41,864 nt of DNA from a virus (lineage: Duplodnaviria > Caudoviricetes), in IMG/VR virus record IMGVR_UViG_3300030333_005104, positions 1 through 41,864 of that record; one strand, 5' to 3'. A program made the translations under genes and the position numbers. The notes beneath the pieces are model-generated. The model was not told the DNA's origin. It ran no database searches and was given only the letters and a program-made list of their open reading frames with translations. Positions 25,460 to 34,100 of this stretch are shown here, piece after piece (the stretch's first letter is position 1; each line of letters starts with the position of its first letter).

Positions 25460-28090
25460 ATGGCTAACCCGTACAGATTTGATTCAACAGCAGCATACCA
25501 GCAGGGGGTGAACCTTGCTGAGCAGCGTCTGCGAATGAAAGATAGGCGTCAGCAAATGAGGCAATCTCGGGAGCTGCACCCTTGGCGAGTTAAGGACGCG
25601 CAAAGCGTTATCGAGAGCAGGGATGCTAGCACCAACCTAGCGAAGCAGAGTTTTAGGTTCAACGAGCGCACGGAGGATGACCGCGCATCATTGGTTAAGT
25701 CTAGCGCACGCCAGCAAGAGACAAAGGCTACATTAGGCGAGAGGACTCTTGAGGATGAAATTAAGAAAAATAGAGCCGTGGCCAGCAAGCTTGAAACAGA
25801 AGCAAGCATCGCTAAGAAAACTGAAGAAGCAACTGTAGATATGAAGAGAATCGCGGCTTGGAATGCTGCCCGTGACCGCGATGTTAGGGAGGGGGTTGGT
25901 GTAGACCTTGAAAGAAACGCACAGTCCGCTCGGCTAAACAGGATCATCACAGATCAGACGATCAACGAGCGCACGCGGGAATATCAAATTGAACGTTATA
26001 AGCATGATACTAGGCTAGCTGATCTTAATTCTCAGATTCAACAACTCAAGTTAGAGCTCTCTCAAGCTACGCAGGAGGAGCAGAAAGCCGCTATCGCGGC
26101 GCAGCTTAAAGCTGCCCGTACCCGAGCGGAGGAAGTGGTGGCCGCAGCAGATAGAGATAAGAAAGGCAGGCCAGTGCTTCAGGCGTCTATGAGTGAGATG
26201 GCGGCGTTCGCTAGGGAAGGTAATTGGGACGCGATTGACTCGATGGTTATCCCTGAGGGGCTGACAGCGAGTCAGAAAGCTGAGTGGGCTAAGGCCAAGT
26301 CGCACTACAAAAACAACAAGAACGGACAGTTGTACGAAGTTGGGCAAGCCGCAGGGATGGAACATGCTAGCAGTGTTTATGTGAAGGCGCAACGCCACCA
26401 ACCTTGGCTTCAAGAGCTTGGGCTTATGAATGAAAGGGGTGAAATCCCTAAAAGTAAAATCCATACTGTTGGGCGGCTTATAGATAACCGCGAGAGGCAG
26501 AAGAAGATGCTGGAGGGGCTACCAATAGAGGCCCAAGACAAACTGTTAATGGAGGCATCACGAACCACTGACCCACTATCCCTGTTTGCAGACGACGATG
26601 AGGGGGTTGGCCCGATGTATGCCCCTCAGGGATCATTAGCTGGCAAGAATGCTTCAATGTACGGCAAGAAATATGGCGACGAATTTGTTCTGAATGAGCG
26701 CGGCCTCGAACGCCTCGCTCCGCTTGTTAGCAAGCTGAGAGCGGAGGCAGCATTCGCGGACGACTTGAGTAAACAGCAAGCGCAGGTAAGCCATCTTCAA
26801 GCGTGGGGATTGAGCGTAAGCAAAGCTGCCATTGAGGACGGCAAGATAACTTTAGATTTTGACTCAAAAAAGATGTCCCCAGAGCAAAGGGCGACTCAGA
26901 CTAACGCGCTTTACAAGACCCTTCAGGACGCGGCTCTGGAAGCGTCGGGCGGTGAGCCGCTTTCAGCAGCGCAACGGGCGCAGCTAATGGGCGAAGCGAG
27001 GCGTCATGTGTACGCCGCAGATTTACAAGTTGCTACCACTGCTGCGGAATTGCGGGGTATGCCCCCAGCCATGCCTGTGTGGAACCCGTTGGCGCGAAAT
27101 GCGGACGGCTCAGTTGGCGGCGTCCGCACCCCCGTGACTATCAATCAAAGCGGGCTTGATTTCCAAGGTCGGCCAGCAGGTGGCGGCAGTCCTACTGGGC
27201 AGGCTCCGTTGGGAGGCACTGGCACAGAGGTCGTTCAGAGTTTGCAGGCGAATGACCCGAGCCAGCTGGTGGATCAAAGCCAAAGCAGCAGTACCAAGGG
27301 TATGAACATGGCGCAGCATAAAGTTGGGAAGTTAATTTTCGGAGAGGGTTTTCATCTTGGCCTATCTGAATATGGTGATGGCGCAGAGGAGCAATACCCT
27401 CTTAATGGCACTGGCGTTGCTAAGCTTATTGAGAACGGTGACTCCGATATAGTTGCAAACGCCGAGCAGATATTTAAGGGGCTTTCAGAACATGTTTCTC
27501 ATCCAAATGTGGCTAGGCGCATGTTGGTAAGGTTGATTAACACCCAAGCTGGTGACGGCTTTGGGACGTTCACCGATGATCCTGATTTTAGTGATAGCGA
27601 TTTCTATGAGAACGCGGTGGAAAAGATTAGAAAGGAGAACCGAGATTACTTGCTTGAGGAGCAAGCGGAGTTCTATGCCGAGGCGGCGGGCGAACAAGCC
27701 GAGCCGAATTTGGGTGATCATGTAAACGGCAATAGGCTTGATATACCGTGGCGTCAGCTAAGAGCCTTAAAGGACAAGCCGCAATCCGAGTGGCCTTCGC
27801 ATATTACTTTTACCTTCACTAAAGCCTACGGCACTGGGCGGCAAAAGAAATCGGCGTGGCGGGTGGAAGTGGATCAGAGGTTCATTAAAACAGTCAGATC
27901 GCGTGGCGAACATTTGTTCGCCCGCGAGCAAATGGACATTGAAAATAATGAGGCACTATTGAGCATTAAGTCGCCAGTTGGGAAAGTTCCTCGTGAAAAC
28001 GAGGACTTACTGGAGAAGAAGCGGCGTGAAGCGATGGAGCGCGACAAAAAAGCGATGGAGCGCGACAAAAAAGCGCAACCTAAAAAATAA
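25460..28090 (+). CDS. Putative internal virion (ejection) protein 2
   Basis: 876 aa, helical/coiled-coil N-terminal half; a 21-bp tandem duplication near 28029-28075 encodes AMERDKK twice. Confidence 0.65.
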   Translation: MANPYRFDSTAAYQQGVNLAEQRLRMKDRRQQMRQSRELHPWRVKDAQSVIESRDASTNLAKQSFRFNERTEDDRASLVKSSARQQETKATLGERTLEDEIKKNRAVASKLETEASIAKKTEEATVDMKRIAAWNAARDRDVREGVGVDLERNAQSARLNRIITDQTINERTREYQIERYKHDTRLADLNSQIQQLKLELSQATQEEQKAAIAAQLKAARTRAEEVVAAADRDKKGRPVLQASMSEMAAFAREGNWDAIDSMVIPEGLTASQKAEWAKAKSHYKNNKNGQLYEVGQAAGMEHASSVYVKAQRHQPWLQELGLMNERGEIPKSKIHTVGRLIDNRERQKKMLEGLPIEAQDKLLMEASRTTDPLSLFADDDEGVGPMYAPQGSLAGKNASMYGKKYGDEFVLNERGLERLAPLVSKLRAEAAFADDLSKQQAQVSHLQAWGLSVSKAAIEDGKITLDFDSKKMSPEQRATQTNALYKTLQDAALEASGGEPLSAAQRAQLMGEARRHVYAADLQVATTAAELRGMPPAMPVWNPLARNADGSVGGVRTPVTINQSGLDFQGRPAGGGSPTGQAPLGGTGTEVVQSLQANDPSQLVDQSQSSSTKGMNMAQHKVGKLIFGEGFHLGLSEYGDGAEEQYPLNGTGVAKLIENGDSDIVANAEQIFKGLSEHVSHPNVARRMLVRLINTQAGDGFGTFTDDPDFSDSDFYENAVEKIRKENRDYLLEEQAEFYAEAAGEQAEPNLGDHVNGNRLDIPWRQLRALKDKPQSEWPSHITFTFTKAYGTGRQKKSAWRVEVDQRFIKTVRSRGEHLFAREQMDIENNEALLSIKSPVGKVPRENEDLLEKKRREAMERDKKAMERDKKAQPKK

Positions 28091-28111
28091 AGAAAAGTAG
28101 AGACACACACG

Positions 28112-31100
28112 ATGGCGGACGACCCAATTAAAGACTACTTGGCTGATCATGGGATGCGCGAACACATGCCCGACTACGAGAAGTTCACTGGCCCAACCAC
28201 TATTGAAGAGTATTGGGCCTCGCAGGGGCTTGTGTCGGAGGAGTTCAAGGGCTTAGCTGCTCCGCCTACTGCGGAGCTGCAAGAAAAGCCGAAGGAAGAA
28301 GATACCGAAGAGTCTGGGTGGTTTTATGGGCTGGGGCAAATGCGTGGCCCGCAGGCTTACGGCAGTCTAGTGAGGGGGATCATAGACCCCTTCTCAGCTA
28401 TACCAAAGCAGATAGGAATCCTCGCGTCAGACTTGATTGACACTGACCCAAGGGAGGGGTGGGGCTACTCTATCGGTGGTGGTATGGATTGGGTAGGTGG
28501 CGCACTCGCCCCTGATGTCAACCCTGATTTTCAAGGCGAGTTTCTAGCTGACCACGCCCCACGGGCCATTGGTAACATGTTCGGAATCGTTTTCGGAACC
28601 CGAGGCATCGGCGGCGTGGCGTTGGCGTCGAAGATTGCATCAAGGGCTGGAAGCCGAGGCGTAACTGTTGGCGGGGTTAATGTTCTCAAGGGTGCTGCTG
28701 GAACCTCTAAGGCAGCTAAGGCTAGCGTGGCGGCAAAGGCGGCTGCGCTGGGGGCTAAGCGTGGCGTACCATTAAGCCCCACCGCGATCAAGGCGGCGGG
28801 CCGTAAGGCGGCAAGAAGAGACGTTGCCGCAATGAGTAAGCGTTACCAGACAGGCACTTATGCGGTGGTTGGCGGGGAGTTAGGGGCAGCTCAGGCTATG
28901 GTTGGGGGCTGGGAGGACGCTATGTACACCCTCGAAGCCAGAGCGCAATCCGAGGGGCGCGAGCTTACTGACGAAGAGAAGTCGATGGCCTTCCGTTCCT
29001 ATATGTGGAACAGCCTCATAGGTCTGTCCGAGGTAGCTCCGGTGTTTAAGCTTCTGAAGCATTTGGACGGAGTGGTTCCGAGGGGTAAGTCCAGAATGTT
29101 TGAGGCTTTAAAGACTGGTGGCTACGAGGCAGCGCAGGAATTTTCGCAGTCAATGTACGGAAACTATGTAGCCTCCCACTTGGTTGGCTACGACAAGGGG
29201 CGGAAGCTACTTGAAGGGGCGTACACTGCGGCTGGTGCGGGAGGCGTTGCTGGTGCTGTCATGGGCCTGCTTACCTTTACTCTTGGCAGGCGCGTCAAGA
29301 TGCACCGAGACATAGAAAAGCTTGAGGCAGACGCTGCTGAGTTCAGGAAAAAGGGGATGCCCAAGAACGCCGCGATGCTTGAGGAGAAAGCTAATAGGCT
29401 TCGCGCACTTATAGAGAGTTACGACAGGGATTCTGGCGCGGCGGAGATTCGTTCCCGCGAAGAGGCGACCACGACGGAGACAGCTCCAGCGGCTGAGTCT
29501 GCTGGGATACTCGACCCTAGCAGGCGATTCGAGCAAGACCTAACAGACGTTGCTGACCCAGCCGCTGACCCAGCCGTCACCCCTGTTGACCCCGCTATTG
29601 CTCCTGCCGTTGATCCCGTTGTTGCCCCTGTTGATCCACTCGCTGACCCCGAGGCCGCTCCTGCTGATACTGTTGTTGCCCCCGTTGATCCTGTTGTTGC
29701 CCCCGTTGATCCTGTTGTTGCCCCTGTTGATCCTGAGGCTGAGGTTGTGGCGACTCCCGAGGCTGAGGCTGAGCTTAGTGCAGGGTGGGCTGAGGCGGAA
29801 AGCCAGCTGCAAAAGGGGACTGACAAGGAACTCTTCACTGAAGCCCAAGAGGCTGACGTTGACCCGTCAAAGATAAGGCGGACTAAGCACGGCAAGATCA
29901 CAAACAAGGCGTTACGCGATGCTATAGCTGACAGGCGCACTGAGCGCGGGCGTGCGCTTCTCGGTGCTGAAGCGGCGGATAAAGATTTTAGCCTCCCATA
30001 CGAGGGCGCGACTCCTCAGGATGTGGAGACGGAGCTAGCTGAGGGGGGCGCACTTAGCGTGCTGCAAGAGCCAGAGGCGAGGCCCGTCGAGGATGTTGAT
30101 AAAGGGGAAGCGGAACATGCCCTGCTGGAAGAGTACAGCCCGATGGATGTCGAGGCGGGGGAGCTGGCTGCGGATAGCCCGTCCCTTAATCTCCCATATG
30201 AGGGCGCGACCACTCAGGATGTGGAGACGGAGCTAGCTGAGGGGGGTCAGCGAGACTTAACGGAACCTGCTGGGCCAGACGTTGAGGTTGAAGGCCCAGA
30301 GGGGCGCAACTTTACTCTGGTCAGCCAGCCAAGCGGCGAGGTTAGCGTCGAGGTTGACTCTCAGCCTGTGCTGGACGGCAAGCAAATGCCGCGTGAGGAG
30401 GCCGAGGCGAGAATTGAGAGCGGCGAGTTCAATGTTCTTCACGATGCCGTCAAGGAGGAGGGCGGTGAAGATTTCGTGCCAGCAGAGGCTCAGGAGCAGG
30501 AGCCGTCGCAAGAGCAAGAGCAACAACAGCAAGAGCAAGAGCAGCCAGCTGCCGAGGAGCAATCACAGGAGGAGCAATCACAGGAGCCTGACGCAGACGC
30601 AGAGCGCAGGGAGAGGGTTAATGCCGAGCAGCGAGTGCTAATGCCTGACGGCAATTTGGTTTTAGTTATCGAGAAGGGTGTTGATCCTGAGTCTCCTGCT
30701 GTAGTTGCTGCCATCGAGAAAGCATACGGTGCTTATCTAGCTGGGGCAAGGAGCCTTGGGTTTAGGGGGAATGAGTCTGATCCTATTGAGCTTAGGTTTA
30801 AGCAGGGGCATACAGTAGGAGGCCCGATGTATGCCGACCCACTCAATAACATTAACGCTATTTTCGTGGGTGTTGACAACATTGCTAATGCTCCCGAGGG
30901 GATGTTCGACCTTAACGGCGTAGCCTCTGAGGAAATATGGCATGTAGTTGAGGCTCAGGCGTTGATGGATGACTTCCTCACGAACAACCCAGACGCCACG
31001 GTAGGAGATTTTAAGGCGTATTTCACACAGCACTACGTTGACATCTACAACGACATGACTGAGGCGGAAGTTAATGAGGCTATTAGCACTTATTACACGA

Positions 31101-34100
31101 GGGAGGAAAGGTCTGGGGATGGGGTCGCTTCTAAAAAGACTCTTAACAAGAAGGAAAGGGAAGGGGGCGAAGAGTGGGACAGGCACAGAATGACAATAGC
31201 AGCTGAGTACACCCGCATACGGGGGCAGCAAGCTTTGCGCGGGAAGGTCACTGAGCAGGGATACGGGAACCGAGACATCGCCCCGTCCATGCACCGCCTC
31301 TTGAAGAAGGTTTTAAATTGGGTCTATAAGCTAACAGGGAGAGGGCACTGGGTGAAGGTGTCCACTTCATCCGAGCTGGCATATAAGCGAGTAGAGGAAA
31401 CCAAGGCGATGCTTCAGCTCCTTAGCGGGCTAGCAAATGTGAAGAAGGCTGAGGCTGAGGCGGCTGCTAGGAAGAAGTTGCAGGACACTAAGGCAGAAGG
31501 AGGCGAGGATTACAAGTTCAGGATTGGGTCAGGGGGGCCAGACAGCTTCATAAGGGCAGGCGATCCAGACTTTATACCCAAAACCATACCCAACAAAAGG
31601 CTACCCTCGCCCTTAGCTGAGGACGAGGAGATAGTCTACAAGGGCGTTAAGTCTGATGGCACGCCTAAATCTGTGATCAATCCAGAGATGCCCATCATCA
31701 TATATGATGTCAGAGGGAAAAGAATTGTTGGGGTAGGAAAGTACAAGAACAAGAAGGCCGCAACAACAAGGGCTGAGAAGTACAATCAGGGTTACGGGGC
31801 GCATAGGTACAGCGTCGAGATGTACACTAACGATTGGGTGCGGTCGCACGAGGAACAGATAGCGGCGGAAAGCGTTCAGGCAAGCGGCTCCATGCTTCGC
31901 TCGGGCACGGGCGGTGGTGCTGCTAGCACCCAAAGGGACGCGGAATACCTCAGGCTAGCTAGCGACCCAGAAGCCAACACGAGTGAGCTTCAGCGTATGG
32001 TGGATGAGGCGGCGGCGGCAGCGGGGTATACGATTGGGCCGGTGTATCATGGGAGGACAATCCCTCTTGGTGAAGATAAAGGTTTCACTGTATTTAAGGT
32101 AAATCATCTTGGTCATATTATGACTTCAGACAGTAAGGACACTGCCGGTAGTTTTGCGGGTAAGCAACCGATCACAGGAAAGGCAGATGTGATTGAAGCA
32201 TATCTTGATTTGCGGAATCCTTACGATTACAGAAACTCATCCCACCTTAACGATGTGATTTATGCTATTAATGAGTGGGGCGGGAAAGAGTTAGTTAAAA
32301 GTCTAGAGAGGAGGTCAAAAATCGCATTAGATGATTCGGTTGTGCAGGAACCAGAGTTCAACTCTAGGCTAAGGAAGTGGATACTCTCAGGAGATTACGG
32401 GTTCTTTGAGACTAAGGGCGTTACTAAGTTACTCAAGATGCTTGGGCATGATGGGTATATAACAACCGAACGAAAAGGCACAACCTACGCCGCATTCGAC
32501 CCCAACCAAATCAAATCCGCAGACCCGATCACCCGCGATGACGCTGGTAACATTATCCCCCTCTCCCAACGGTTTGACGACACAAGTGATTCCATACTTC
32601 GCTCGGGCACGGGCGGTGGTGCGTGGTCAGCTAAGAAGTTGTCAGAGGTTGCAGAGAACATGCCGTTAGGGGAAGCATTCTGGCTCGGCCCTAAGGGTGA
32701 AATCATTGATTTAAATTCTGGGATGGGGTCAGCTAGGGATGTACACGAAAGGGCTTTGCGCCACTACCTTGAAAGCAAGGGTAAGACTGGCAAAAAGCAG
32801 CATGATAAGTTAATTCAGTTTGCTGAGGAGGAGGCTCAAGTCGATGTAGATAATGGCGTAATTGACGAAATTCAAGACGCCTACACTGAGTACGTTGACA
32901 CTCTCACTGGCCACGTTGGGTATGAATTAGACTCCGAGTACATTACTAAGGCAGCTAACAGGATGGGCTGGATTAGGGTTACGGAATCTACTGACTCCAA
33001 GAGCGTTTACTTTGAGGGGATGCCTAGCAAGGATCAGACCGCCGTGTTTAGCATGGCTGCTAACGACAAAAAGATGGCCATGTACAGGGAGGGGAGTGAT
33101 GGCAGGGCTAGACTTTGGAAGGGTATAGACTTCACTGGATCAGACATCGTTGAATACGGTGTCCTCCGGTCGGCTATTGGCAACGACATCAGTGCTAGCC
33201 GCGTTGCTAGGGCCAAGGAAATCTTAAATGCGGACACCCCTTTAGACATGAGGAAGGCTATAGAGGGTTCCCGACCTGACCTGACCAGTGAAGAAGTTAC
33301 TGCCGTTCATAACGGACTCAAGCTGTACCACGGAACCGACCTTCTTGGTTCCGAGGGCATCCATGAGCAAGGGTTTCAGTCGGGCTTTACTGGGGGGAAA
33401 GTTGGTGGGGCGATATACTTATCGACCGATAATAAAACTGACCCGTTCGGCCAGCCAAGCCAGCCCCGACACTTCGCTACTAACAAGGGGCAAGGTGAAA
33501 TCTTAGAACTTATCGGGGACTTCAGCCTTCTCATAAACGGTGACAAGCTAGCACTTGAGGAGAACGGCGAGCTAAGCGAGGAGGCTGTAACCTTATTCGA
33601 GGCAGTAGCTGATGTGGGCGGGTTGAATGGGCACAACGGAACGCCTCGGGAAATCTTCGATTCGGTGATGACAGTTGAGCGAGTGGAGGGCAACAACATT
33701 GGTGAGGTTGACCCTGATCTTAGAAACCTACCGATTTGGCAGGTGATAGGAAGGCTTGAGCAGAACCCTGAGTACCTTAGTGCAAGGCTCAAGGAGGCAG
33801 CTAACCTAAAGGAGACTAAGGGTAACAGCAACGCCTTCAAGCGGAGGCTAGTGGAGAAGGGCGTTGATGGGGTGACGTTTTATTCTGGCGTGGTTCACAG
33901 CGGCCTCGGCAGGAATATCAATTCTGGCTACGCTGGCAGGGAGATTGCTGTATTCCGAGGGCTTGAGGAAAGTCTGCTTCGGAATTATGTCAGGGATGTT
34001 CTGTACCTGAATATCAATGGCAAGTATGAGCTTCGCTCGGGTACGGACAGCGGCGGAACCATCACTGAGAGCGAGGCTCCGGTGGCCCCCGTCCCCCATG

